A DNA stretch of 64,000 nucleotides. It comes from Anaeramoeba ignava BMAN (lineage: Eukaryota; Protista; Anaeramoebae). The notes under the pieces were generated by a model, which was given only the letters and a program-made list of their open reading frames with translations, ran no database searches and was not told the origin of the DNA. Each line of letters starts with the position of its first letter. The first letter of the stretch is position 1. The translations under genes and the position numbers were made by a program. The stretch is from positions 248,001-312,000 of the forward strand of contig JAPDFW010000022.1 of assembly GCA_028826165.1 (NCBI GenBank), written 5' to 3'. This document shows positions 1 to 12,602 of the stretch, piece after piece.

Positions 1-970
1 TATTTTATTAATTATTTTATTAATTATTTTATAAATTATTTTATTAATTATTTTATAAATTATTTTATTAATTATTTTATTAATTAATTTATTAATTATT
101 TTATTAATTATTTTATTAATTATTTTATTAATTATTTTATTAATTATTTTATTAATTATTTTATTAATTATTTTATAAATTATTTTATTAATTATTTTTA
201 TTAATTAATTTATTAATTATTTTATTAATTATTTTATTAATTATTTTTATAAATTATTTTATTAATTATTTTATAAATTATTTTATAAATTATTTTATTA
301 ATTATTTTATAAATTATTTTATAAATTATTTTATTAATTATTTTTATTAATTATTTTATTAATTATTTTATTAATTATTTTATTAATTATTTTATTAATT
401 AATTTATTAATTATTATATTAATTATTTTATTAATTATTTTATTAATTATTTTTATTAATTATTTTATTAATTAATTTATTAATTAATTTATTAATTATT
501 TTATAAATTAATTTATTAATTATTTTATTAATTATTTTATTAATTATTTTATAAATTATTTTATAAATTATTTTATTATTTATTTTATTAATTATTTTAT
601 TATTTATTTTATAATTTATTTTATTAATTAATTTATTAATTAATTTATTAATTATTTTATTAATTATTTTTATTAATTATTTTATAAATTATTTTATTAA
701 TTATTTTATAAATTATTTTATTAATTATTTTATTAATTATTTTATTAATTATTTTATTAATTATTTTTATAAATTATTTTATAAATTATTTTATTAATTA
801 TTTTATTAATTATTTTATAAATTATTTTATAAATTATTTTATTAATTATTTTATTAATTATTTTATAAATTATTTTATTAATTATTATATAAATTATTTT
901 ATAAATTATTTTATTAATTATTTTATAAATTATTTTATAAATTTATTAATTATTTTATTAATTAATTTAT
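1..970. repeat. AT-only ~12-bp tandem repeat (TTATTTTATTAA)n inside the first GDH intron
   Basis: Degenerate 12-mer array visible directly; lies 3' (on the minus strand) of the GDH donor at 1172. Confidence 0.9.
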
Positions 971-1172
971 ATCGACTTGGAAAATTGATTTGGAAAATTT
1001 ATTTCAAAATTGATTTGTAAAATTATTTTATATTCATTTGTAAAATTAATTTATATTGATTTGTAAAATTATTTTATAAAATTATTGAATTGATTATTGA
1101 TATTCAAATTGAAATTAAAAAGAAAGAAAAAAAATTTTTTTATAATTAAAAAAAAAAACAAAAAAAACAAAC

Positions 1173-1836
1173 CAGTTGAAACAGAAGCTCTATTAATATC
1201 TTCAGGACGGAAAGTTTGATACATTTGTTGAATCCAATCCATTTCTTGATTTCCAGATCCCAATTCAGGACGAAAAACATCAACAGAAGGACCTAAGAAC
1301 CTTCTTTTAAGAAGTTCAGAAGAAAAACGTCTTAAAATTTTTTCAATTTGAGAATCAGTGAATTCTTTTTTATTGATTTTTATTCCCGCCTTAGCTCCTC
1401 CTAACGGAATATCAACACACGCGCACTGAAGCGTTTTAAGAGCTGCGTGTGCTTGAATATCCTCGAGATTGATATTATCCGAAATCATTAATCCGCCGAT
1501 GAAGGGAATCTTGTGATGCGAATGCTGTGCTTTATATGCCTCGATCACTTTGAAATCGCTTTTTTTGTTATCCGCTTCAACTTGTAAAGGGAGGATTATT
1601 GATAAGGTTGACTTGCATTGCTTAATATAACCTAGTAGTCCTGAATTGTGATTCACAAATCCTGCGGCTCGATCGTAATATTTCTCTACTTGCTTCTTCA
1701 GTGTCGATTCAATCGTTTTTGTTGTGCTGAAATGATTTAAAAAAATATTTTTTGTAATTGTTGATTTTCTTTGTTGTTTGGAAAGGTAATTAATTGCTGA
1801 GATGGTTTTTGTTGGAATTTTTTGACACCGAAGCAT
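1173..1836 (-). CDS. Glu/Leu/Phe/Val dehydrogenase family (glutamate dehydrogenase-like), exon 1; the rest lies beyond the window start
   Basis: Aligns by eye with animal GDH (AQHSHH.P..GG, DIPLGGAKAGIKIN, LRRFSSEL.KR.FLGP.VDV, EMDWI, ASVSTG); N-terminal basic/hydroxylated presequence-like segment; homology stops at the GTTTGT donor at 1172. Confidence 0.9.
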
Positions 1837-1949
1837 TTGTGAAAAATTAAGAAAAAAAATAAGAAAAAATGAATTTTGTTTTTCTTTCTTTTTTTTCTTT
1901 TTTTTTTGAAATTAAAAAGTTCCCTTTATTAAAAAGTTCTCTTTCCACA

Positions 1950-2565
1950 TTTTCATTTTCATTTTGATTTTCATTTTCATTTTGATATTTATATTGATAT
2001 TGATATTTATATTGATTTTCATTTTTATATTGATTTTGATTTTGATATTTATTTTGATTTTGGTTTTGATTTTGATTTTTATATTGATTTTGGTTTTGAT
2101 ATTTATATTGATTTTCATTTTGATATTTATATTGATTTTGATTTTGATATTTATATTGATTTTGATTTTGATATTTATATTGATTTTGATTTTGATATTG
2201 ATATTGATTTTGATTTTGATATTTATATTGATTTTGATTTTGATATTTATATTGATTTTGATTTTGATATTTATATTTATATTGATTTTGATTTTGATTT
2301 TGATTTTGATTTTGATATTGATTTTGATTTTGATTTTGATTTGGATTTTGATATTTATATTTATATTTATATTTATATTTATATTGATTTTGATTTTGAT
2401 TTTGATTTTGATTGTGATTTTCATTTTGATTTTGATATTTATATTTATATTTATATTTATATTGATTTTGATTTTGATATTGATTTTGATTTTGATTTTG
2501 ATATTGATATTGATATTGATATTTATATTGATATTGATATTTATTTTGATTTTGATTTTGATTAC
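1950..2565. repeat. Hexamer microsatellite (ATTTTG/ATATTG/ATATTT)n between divergent GDH and PIG-Q genes
   Basis: Direct inspection; gives spurious IK/IL ORFs. Confidence 0.9.
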
Positions 2566-2650
2566 AAGAAATTTTAAAATTTTTTTCAATTAAAAATTTT
2601 ATTTTTCATTTTTCATTTTTCTTTTAAAATAAAAAATAAAATAAAATAAA

Positions 2651-5600
2651 ATGACTAATAATGTTCCTTTTGCAGAAATTTTTTGGCCTTCAAGAATTGC
2701 TGAAATTTCTGGATATCTTGTTGGTTGGAATATTCGTGGTTTTATTGGTTGTGTTGCAACAATAATTCCACTCAAGAAAGCTGAAAAACTAATTGAAAAA
2801 GTTTAAAAAATTTTGAAGAAGAAAAAAAAATTTTATAAAAAAAAAATTCATTTTAAAATTAATTTATTTTTTTTATAGCCTGAAAAACTTAAACAACATC
2901 TTGAGAAATTAAAAGAAAATGAGTTTTATGAAAAAATGTTTGAATATTGTAGTGGAACTCCTGAAATTATAGGGATTTATTTTGCTGATAATCTTCGTTC
3001 CAATCCTTCTCCTTGTATTATTTAATTATTTATTTAATTAATTAATTAATTTTTATAATTTTATTTTTTTAAAACATTTTGAAATTAGTATCTTTATTAG
3101 GAAGACAAACAAGTAGTTTTTGGATTACAATGAAAAAAGGGCCAAAAGATTATCCTGTTCTCAAGTGAAAATTCATTTATAAAATTCATTCATAAAATTC
3201 ATTTATAAAATTGAAATTTATTTATAAAATTCATTCATAAAATTAAATTTAAAATTAAATTCATTTATAAATTTAAATTTAAATTCATTTATAAAATTGA
3301 AATTCATTTATAAAAATAAAATTAAAATTAAATTCATTTATAAAATTTAAATTCATTTATAAAATAAAATTAAAATTCATTTATAAAATTCATTTATAAA
3401 ATAAAATTAAATTTAAATTCATTTGTAAAATAAAATTAAAATTAAATTCATTCATAAAATTAAATTTAAAATTAAATTCATTTATAAAATTAAAATTCAT
3501 TTATAAAAATAAATTTAAATTCATTTATAAAATAAAATTTAAATTCATTTATAAAAATAAAATTGAAATTCATTTATAAAAATAAAATTGAAATTCATTT
3601 ATAAAAATAAAATTAAATTTAAATTCATTTATAAAATAAAATTTAAATTCATTTATAAAATTAAATTTAAATTCATTTATAAAATTCATTTATAAAATTA
3701 AAATTAAATTCATTCATAAAATTCATTCATAAAATTCATTTATAAAATTCATTTATAAAATTCATTTATAAAATTAAAATTAAATTCATTCATAAAATTA
3801 AAATTAAAATTCATTTATAAAATTAAAATTAAAATTCATTTATAAAATAAAATTGAAATTCATTTATAAAAATAAAATTGAAATTCATTTATAAAATTAA
3901 AATTCATTTCAAAATTAAAATTCGTTTTGTTTGTTTTGTTTATAAAAGAGAAATCCATTGTTGTGGCTTCAAATTCAAAGCTAAATCTCAAATTATATTT
4001 TATCAAGAACCTAAATCACAACTTTATTTTTTATCTTCTAAAAGTTTATCAATCGATTTATCTGATTATTACAAAACAAAAGGAAAAAAGAAAATTGAAA
4101 AAAATGAAAGTTTTGAAACTACAGCAAGACAAATAAATTCATCTCTTGAAGTTGAATATTGTGTTAATAAAGTTTTAGAAAAAATGGAAAAAGAACTAGA
4201 AAATATAGATGAAAAAAATGATGAAAATTCTCAAGAAAAAAACGACTCTTCTGAAAAATCAAATATAGAACAAAATTCAAATGATTCAGAATCAAATAAA
4301 GAATCCGAAAATGAAAACAGTGATTCAGAAACTACATCAGATTCAGATAGTGATAGGGAATTTGAATCACGTTTAATATTTGGTATTCATAATACAGATA
4401 CAGGAACTGAAAGTGAATTAGTTACTCATTCAGATAAAGAAAATGATAATGATGATGAAGATGATAATGAAGATGAAAAAGATGATGAAAATGAAAATGA
4501 TAATAATGAAAATGATAATAATGAAAATAATGAAAATGATAATAATGAAAATGATAATAATGAAAATGATAATAATGAAAAAAAGCAAAAACAAAAAAAA
4601 CAAACGCTTTCAAACCCAAAAAAATTTAAAATGATTGATTATTTATACACATCGTTTAGAAAAGAAAGAACAGGATTAATACAAAAATTAAAACTTATTT
4701 TCATTTACAATCCTTTTAAAAAATTCATGCTTTTCTTGAGATTGATTCTTGAATATTTTTCTCAATCTTTAAATAAAAACTCAATATTTGGAGAAATGCA
4801 TTTAAAAGATTGGACAATCACAGGTCAACAATTATATCTTAAAGTCAGAACATTCTTTTCTTTGCCAGTCTTTTATCAAGGATTTCATAAGAAATGGAGT
4901 TATACGGGAAAAATAACAACTCATTATCTAATGTGCATTAATTCAAATTTTATTAATTTAAATTTTATTAATTCAAATTTTATTAATTCAAATTTTATTA
5001 ATTCAAATTTTATTAATTCAAATTTTATTAATTCAAATTTTATTAATTTAAATTTTATTAATTCAAATTTTATTAATTCAAATTTTATTAATTCAAATTT
5101 CATTAATTCAAATTTCATTAATTCAAATTTCATTAATTCAAATTTTATTAATTCAAATTTTATTAATTCAAATTTTATTAATTCAAATTTTATTAATTCA
5201 AATTTTATTAATTCAAATTTTATTAATTTAAATTTTATTAATTTAAATTTTATTAATTTAAATTTCATTAATTCAAATTTTATTAATTTAAATTTTATTA
5301 ATTTAAATTTTATTAATTCAAATTTTATTAATTCAAATTTTATTAATTCAAATTTTATTAATTTAAATTTTATTAATTCAAATTTTATTAATTTAAATTT
5401 TTAAATTTTATTAATTTTAAATTTCAAATTTTATTAATTCAAATTTTATTAATTTAAATTTTATTAATTCAAATTTCATTAATTCAAATTTTATTAATTT
5501 AAATTTTATTAATTCAAATTTTATTAATTCAAATTTTATTAATTTAAAAAAAAAAAAAAGGTTTTATAATACAATTTGTTTGTGGATATTTGATACTTTG

Positions 5601-6953
5601 CTGGGAATATTTGTTGGAATAATTGCTTATAAAAATTTAAATTTAGTTATTAAGTAATCAAAATTGATTTTATTTTTTTTTGCATGTTTTAAATATTCAA
5701 CTTTTTTTTTGAAAAAAAAAAAACAAAATTCAAGTCAAGCAAAACATTATTATACATTATTAACTTCAGGATTATTAAGATCAGGAGTTTCTTGGTTAAT
5801 GGGATGGCCTGCTGGATTTAAATTAAATGATGGATTAAATGAATTTTTTGGGTTATCCTATTTATATATAATTGATAATTGGATAAAATTAATATCCAAA
5901 CTTTATGGATTTGTTTGGTATATTTTTTCTGCTATGGCGATACTTAGTGGATTTGGAGGTATTTCCCGATTTTATATTTGAAAGCAAAAATAATTCAATC
6001 ATTTTACAAAAAAACAACAAACAAAATAACAAAAAGGATTGTCTCTTCTTCTTTCTTTAATTTCGGATATCATTTCATTTACAACATTCCATATTTATGT
6101 CTTCTTTTTTGCAAGTTCGAAATTGTTTAAATCACAATACTATATTTTACAATCATTATTATATCTTTTCAAAGGAACTAAAAGAAATGTTTTGCGAAAC
6201 CGAACAGATTCATTTGATTATTCACTCGGACAATTAATGCTTGGAACAATAATATTCACACTTGGATCGTTTTTATTTCCAACATTTGCACTTTATTATT
6301 TTTTCTTTGCAATTTTGAATATTATTTTGGTTGCTATTCAAGTTGTGATTGGAGTTTTGCTTGCAATTTTGAATTATTTACCATTATTTCCGTTTCTTGT
6401 TTGGTTCTTTCGACCACAAATACTTACTTGTGCAATTTTTTTTGATTTGATTGACAAAGAAGTTGGAAATGATTCTTCTGATGAAAATCATTCACTCGAA
6501 AATTCACAAGTTAATAATGATGATGATAATTCAATTAAATCCAAAAAACAACCATTAACTAATGGAAATCTGAAGAGGGAAATTAGTTTAGATCAAAAAG
6601 TGAAAAGAAATAAAAGCAGTAGTTATTTCTCTTCTTCAGAAAATTTTACAAGTTCAACTTATTTATCATTAGAAGTAATTTAATTTTAATTTTAATTTTT
6701 AATTTTTAATTTAATTTTTAATTTTAATTTTGAATTTGTTTAGAGAAAATTCATTTCGTTTTCTAAATTGAGTCCACAACTTCAAAATGCACTTTATATT
6801 ATCGCACATCCAAAAAGTTTACTGAAAGATTTATCTGAAATATTTGTTGGACAGAAACATACAATTTCCTTATTGTCTTCATCAATACCAAATTATTTCA
6901 AACAAACTTCAAGAGAAGAATTTAAAAACTTTTTAGAAAAATTTTTGAAATGA
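2651..6953 (+). CDS. PIGQ: GPI-GlcNAc transferase subunit Q (PIG-Q/GPI1), 8 exons, with an acidic D/E/N-rich insertion
   Basis: N-terminal IFWP..GYLVGWN; WLMGWPAGFKLNDGL; LF.G.KRNVLRNRTDS.DY.L.QL.LGT..FT...FLFPT. GT-AG introns (2801-2878, 3015-3088, ~3164-3948, 4933-5560, ~5654-5734, ~5959-6035, ~6675-6743) join the exons in frame. Confidence 0.93.
3166..3920. repeat. Intronic tandem repeat built from AAAATTCATTTAT and AAAATT units
   Basis: Fills PIG-Q intron 3. Confidence 0.85.
4936..5546. repeat. Intronic 15-bp tandem repeat (AATTCAAATTTTATT)n
   Basis: Fills PIG-Q intron 4; gives the spurious NSNFI tail of ORF 3878..5404. Confidence 0.9.
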
Positions 6954-7050
6954 ATGAATGGAAAATGTTTTTAATGAAAATGAAAAAGAAAAAAAATTCT
7001 ATTCTTTGAATATTTGTTTCTTTTTCTTTTCTTTTTAAAATTTAAACTTT

Positions 7051-9072
7051 TTAAAAATAAACGAAAAGCTCTTCAATTAAATTATTGTTAAATTTTGTAA
7101 CTGTTTCAATTGATAATAAACCTGAATACAAAGCAAATAGTTCGTAACAAAAAACATTTTTTTTACCATGAAATAACAAAGTAATCAAAGATTGGTAAAA
7201 ATCATTTGATTTTTTAGCTTCTTCTATTGGAAGTTTAGTTGTTTTAGGATGTAAAAGTTTTCTCTCAGAATCTTCGAACCAAATGCGAAAAGAATAAAAA
7301 AAATCACCTATTCTTTCAAGAATATTTGTGTATCCCTTCATTAAATAAGACTGGGAAACTGAGCAAAGATCCCAAACTTTTGATTGAATAAAATTTTCAG
7401 AAAGCATTCTTGATGGATCGTTTTCATCCGTTATATTTCCGTGAAGACTTGTAATTTTTGGAGCAATCACTTTGTTTCTTTTACGATCAACAAAAATAAA
7501 GTGGACGATTCCTGGGTATTTTCTGATGAAAGAAGTCATTGTTATTGTTGGAATAATAAGGCAATCGATTCTGTTTCTGATTAAGTGTCTGAATTTATTT
7601 GCGATTTTCCTCATTTTTTCTTTTTCTTTGAGCTGTTGATTTTTGTTTAGTTTGCTGTATTCGTTTATTAAGACTAATGTTGTTGTTTCCACTATTTGAG
7701 CAGAATATACGTAAAGTGGAGTATGTTGTGGTACTCTAAAATGGAGTAGTTCGAATGAGTCTTTGATCATGAATTTATCTTGTTGTTTTGATTGTGGTGT
7801 GAATTGAAGAGGTGTGTTTATTTCTTCGTTTTCCTTTCTATTTTTTAAAATAATTTTTTAAATTTTTGAATTTTTGATTTTTTAATTTGATTTTTTACAC
7901 AGAAATAGCTTGTCTTGGTGTTCCAAAATTTTCTCGATTAACTTGATTTGGAAAAGATAATTTTTGAGGAGAAAGATACGATTCCATTGATTGCGCATCC
8001 AGTGCCTCAAAAGAATCCGCTTCACTTTTGGATAATTATATTAAAATAATAAATAAATAATAAATAAATAAATAATAAATAAATAAATAAATACAATTGA
8101 GAAATATTATCAAATTTGTCATTTGCTGAAACATAGCTCTCTGTTGGAGTTGTTGTTGATAAAGTGGAAACAGATCTTTGGTGATTATGAGCTATGACAG
8201 CAATTTCATTATCATCATCTTTACTTTCATGAGTGACTTTATAAACCTCTTTTTTCTTTGATTCAGAATCTTGACTTGTTTGGTCAACTGCGAGAGGGAA
8301 AATCAAGGAATCAGCGATTTTGGGGTCTTTTTTAACAGAAAGATCGCTATCATTCATTTCGGTTTTCTTGTTTTCTTCGACGGATTCGGCATCCTTTTGG
8401 GAAGTATCGCTGTCCTCTTCGCCAAATAAACTTTTCAGATAAATTGTCAAAAGGAAAATGTCATTCGGATAAATTTTCATATTTGTGGATTTTCTTGACA
8501 CAACTCGTTCCACAAGTTTTGTATCAACAAAAAGAAGAGCCTGAGTTGTGCTTGGGCTTTCGTTCAGTATTTGGTTCAACGAGGGCTTGATTTTATTTCG
8601 GATGAATTCATTTTCCACTCTTTCATTTGATTGAACCAAAAAACTTTGATTTGTTTCACTTAATCGAATCAACGCATCAACCATTTGCTTGATTGTGGAT
8701 GTGAAGCTTTTTGTTGACATTCCGAGTCGTTGATTTAAATCGACCAGAAATTGGGGTCCAAAACGCAGAGTTAGTAAATCCTTGATTAGTAATAATTGGT
8801 CCTGTAAAAATGCTTCTGATTCTCCTCTTTCACTCATCACTATAAAATTCAAAGCATCAAATTGTTGTGTTATTAAATTGAAATTTTGGCATTTTAACGA
8901 TGTTAGTTCTTCATTAAAAAGTGTTGTTTATGATTTGCTGTGATGTTATAAGTGGCCCTAATAGTATTGATGTTTTTGTTGGTGTTGGGCTGTCAACTGA
9001 TTCCAAATCAAAGTAGATTGGGTTGTTGAGTTCATTTGTAATCATAAAACATTTTTTTTTCTTGCTCAGCAT
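7051..9072 (-). CDS. HPS1: HPS1 homolog (BLOC-3 tri-longin Rab GEF subunit); 2 introns and one frame break near 8915
   Basis: MLSKKKKCFMITNE.., ESEAFLQDQLLLIKDLLTLRFG, ALLFVDTKL, YPGIVHFIFVDR....VIAP, GDFFYSFRIWFED and CYELFALY resemble HPS1; introns 8025-8094 and 7838-7898 are GT-AG and in frame. Confidence 0.8.
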
Positions 9073-9373
9073 TCTTTTAAATAATAATAATCAAACAAAA
9101 TCAAAATCAATTAAAAAATCAAAATCAAAACCAAAATCAAAATCAAAATCAAAATCAAAATCAAAAAAGAGAAAAGAGAAAAAATGAAAAATGAAAAAAT
9201 GAAAATTTTAAATTTTAAATTTTATTTTCTATATTTTTTAAAGTGGAAGTGAATTTTCCGATTTAAAGAAAGATCCAAAAAACTATTTTAAAATTAATAT
9301 TAAAAAGAAAAAAAATTTTTTTTGTAAATAAAATTTGTTGAAAAAAATATAATATAAAAATAATCCAAATAAA

Positions 9374-9922
9374 TTATACATTTGAATAAAACGAGGCATT
9401 GAAAAATTTCCCAATAAAAGGAATATGAGATAAAAAGCCAAGAATAGAAGGAAGATAACCTCCAAAAACTCCATATACACCAATAAATTCAATAATTATT
9501 CCAATAGTAGGATAACCAATTATTACAATAAAAATGCCAAAAAGAAATAAAGTTGTAGCTTTCCATTTGGTTTTATCAAAAATAACTGAATAAGTTTTCT
9601 TAAGTCCTAAAAGCATGCATATTCCTCCAATCAAAAGTAACTTGTATTCATTTCATTTTGAAGAAAGAAAATGTTTATTTCAAAATTTTTTTTTCCTTTT
9701 TATTGAATAAATATTTAATATTACATTCCCCATTGTTAATAAAGGTCGATCAAAAAACATAAAAACTCCAATAAACATAAAAAAGAACCCAAATCCTACT
9801 AATCCAATCCCAATAACTAATTCATCCAAGAATTTTTATTTTTATTTTTATTTTTATTTTTATTTTGATTTTTATTTTTATTTTTGAAATGAATTATTTA
9901 TACTTTGATTATTATCAAACAT
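9374..9922 (-). CDS. GOT1: Got1/GOLT1 vesicle transport membrane protein, 3 exons
   Basis: Spliced MFDNNQIIGIGLVGFGFFFMFIGVFMFFDRPLLTMGNLLLIGG...GLKKT...KATTLFLFGI matches the Got1/Sft2 family. Confidence 0.92.
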
Positions 9923-9944
9923 CTTAAAAAAAAGTGAAAAGAAA

Positions 9945-10095
9945 AAAATGAAATTTAAAAAAATGAAATTTAAAAAAAATGAAATTAAAACAATGAAATT
10001 TAAAAAAAATGAAATTCAAAAAGAATGAAATTTAAAAAGAATGAAATTTAAAACAATGAAATTTAAAAAAAATGAAATTAAAAAAAAATGAAATT
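9945..10095 (-). promoter_or_regulatory. Tandem ~17-bp array of TTTCATTTTTT (Inr-like) immediately upstream of Got1
   Basis: About 9 copies of AAAAATGAAATTT on the + strand directly 5' of the minus-strand ATG; function is inferred. Confidence 0.5.
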
Positions 10096-10129
10096 CGTGT
10101 TTTCTGATTTAAAAAATATTTTTCCTTTT

Positions 10130-12090
10130 TTGATTAATTTTAGATTAATTTTATATTAATTTTTGATTAATTTTATATTAATTTTATATTAATTTTATAT
10201 TAATTTTTGATTAATTTTTGATTAATTTTTGATTAATTTTAGATTAATTTTATATTAATTTTAGATTAATTTTTGATTAATTTTATATTAATTTTTGATT
10301 GAATTTTTGATTAATTTTTTTTTATATTAATTAATTTTTGATTAATTTTTGATTAATTTTTTTTGATTAATTTTTGATTAATTTTTGATTAATTTTTGAT
10401 TAATTTTTGATTAATTTTTAATTTTTGATTAATTTTTGATTTTTAATTTTTGATTAATTTTTGATTAATTTTATATTAATTTTTTTTTATTAATTTTTGA
10501 TTAATTTTTTAATTTGATTAATTTTATATTAATTTTTATTAATTTTTGATTAATTTTATATTAATTTTTTATATTAATTTTTGATTAATTTTATATTATT
10601 TTTGATTAATTTTTTATTAATTTTTGATTAATTTTTGATTAATTTTTGATTAATTTTTGATTAATTTTATATTAATTTTATATTAATTTTTGATAATTTT
10701 ATATTAATTTTTGATTAATTTTTGATTAATTTTATATTAATTTTTTATTAATTTTTGATTAATTTTTGATTAATTTTATATTAATTTTTGATTAATTTTA
10801 TATTAATTTTTGATTAATTTTTGATTAATTTTTAATTTTGATTAATTTTATATTAATTTTTGATTAATTTTTATTAATTTTTATATTAATTTTATATTAA
10901 ATTTTTATTAATTTTTTAATTTTATATTAATTTTTTTATTTTTATTAATTTTTGATTAATTTTAATTTTTATTAATTTTATATTAATTTTATATTAATTT
11001 TTGATTAATTTTTGATTAATTTTTTAATTTTTAATTAATTTTTGATTAATTTTTGATTAATTTTTATATTTATTTTTATATTAATTTTATATTAATTTTT
11101 ATATTTTTATATTAATTTTATATTAATTTTTGATTAATTAATTTTTTATTAATTTTTGATTAATTTTATATAATTAATTAATTTTGATTAATTTTTGATT
11201 AATTTTTGATTAATTTTTATATTAATTTTTGATTAATTTTTTTGGGGGATATTTTATATTAATTTTGATTAATTTTATATTAATTTTTGATTAATTTTAT
11301 ATTAATTTTATATTAATTTTATGATTAATTTTATATTAATTTTATATTAATTTATATTAATTTTTGATTAATTTTTGATTAATTTTTGATTAATTTTTGA
11401 TTAATTTTTGATTAATTTTAGATTAATTTTAGATTAATTTTTATATTAATTTTATATTAATTTTTTTAATTTTTATATTAATTTTATATTAATTTTTTGA
11501 TTAATTTTATATTAATTTTTGATTAATTTTTGATTAATTTTTTTGATTAATTTTTGATTAATTTTTATATTAATTTTTGATTAATTTTTGATTAATTTTG
11601 ATTAATTTTTTTAATTTTATTAATTTTTGATTAATTTTTGATTAATTTTTATTAATTTTTTTAATTAATTTTTTTATATTAATTTTTGATTAATTTTATT
11701 AATTTTATATTAATTTTTGATTAATTTTTGATTAATTTTATATTAATTTTTATATTTAATTTTGGGGATTAATTTTTTGATTAATTTTTTGATTAATTTT
11801 TGATTAATTTTTGATTAATTTTTGATTAATTTTTGATTATATTAAATTAATTTTTTAATTTTTAATTAATTTTATAATTTAATTTTATATTAATTTTTGA
11901 TTAATTTTTGATTAATTTTATATTAATTTTAGATTAATTTTATATTAATTTTTGATTAATTTTTGATTAATTTTATATTAATTTTTATTAATTTTTGATT
12001 AATTTTAGATTAATTTTAGATTAATTTTTAGGGATTAATTTTTGATTAATTTTTGATTAATTTTTGATTATAGATTATAGATTAATTTTT
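10130..12090. repeat. Intergenic 11-bp tandem repeat (TTAATTTTTGA/TTAATTTTATA)n
   Basis: Direct inspection; ~2 kb between divergent genes. Confidence 0.92.
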
Positions 12091-12602
12091 AATTGATTAT
12101 TAAAAGGAAAAAATTTTTTTTCTTGTTTTTATTGATTTTTAATTTAAATTAATTTTAACAAGAAAAAAGAGGAAAAAAAAATCCATTTAAATTTTTTTTA
12201 ATGGAAATAAATAATAATTTAATAAAGAAGCTCCAAATTTTATTTAATAATTTCTTTATAATCTAAAATTTATTTTTGTTGTTTGTTTTAATTTTTTGGA
12301 TGATGTAAGCAAAAAAAATGAAAAATAAAATAAATAAAAGCTGATCAAAAAACAAAACAAAACAAAACAAAATCAAAAAGCAAAAATCAAAAGCAAAAAT
12401 TAAATTTTTTGTTTATTAAACGATCAAAAAAAAATAATAAAAGAAATTAAATTAAAAAGAAAAAAGAAAAAAAGAAAAAAGAAAAAAAAAAAATTTTTAA
12501 TTCGGGGGCATAGTTATACGTAAGAAGAAAAAGCAAAAAAGCAAAAAAAAATAAAAAGAAAAAATAAAAATAAAAATAAATAAATCATTTTTCTTTCTTC
12601 CA

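Noticed and set aside
1912-2593. Long IK/IL/DF/FN-repeat ORFs (also at 25461-25862, 31786-32150, 43196-44668, 54468-55643)
   Set aside because: They are stop-free frames of hexamer or 12-mer microsatellites, or antisense shadows of real genes.
11240-12035. Sporadic GGG/GGGG/GGGGG runs in the 11-mer array as telomere-like or G-quadruplex elements
   Set aside because: Only three isolated runs hundreds of bases apart with no repeated telomeric unit; likely local mutations or base-calling noise.
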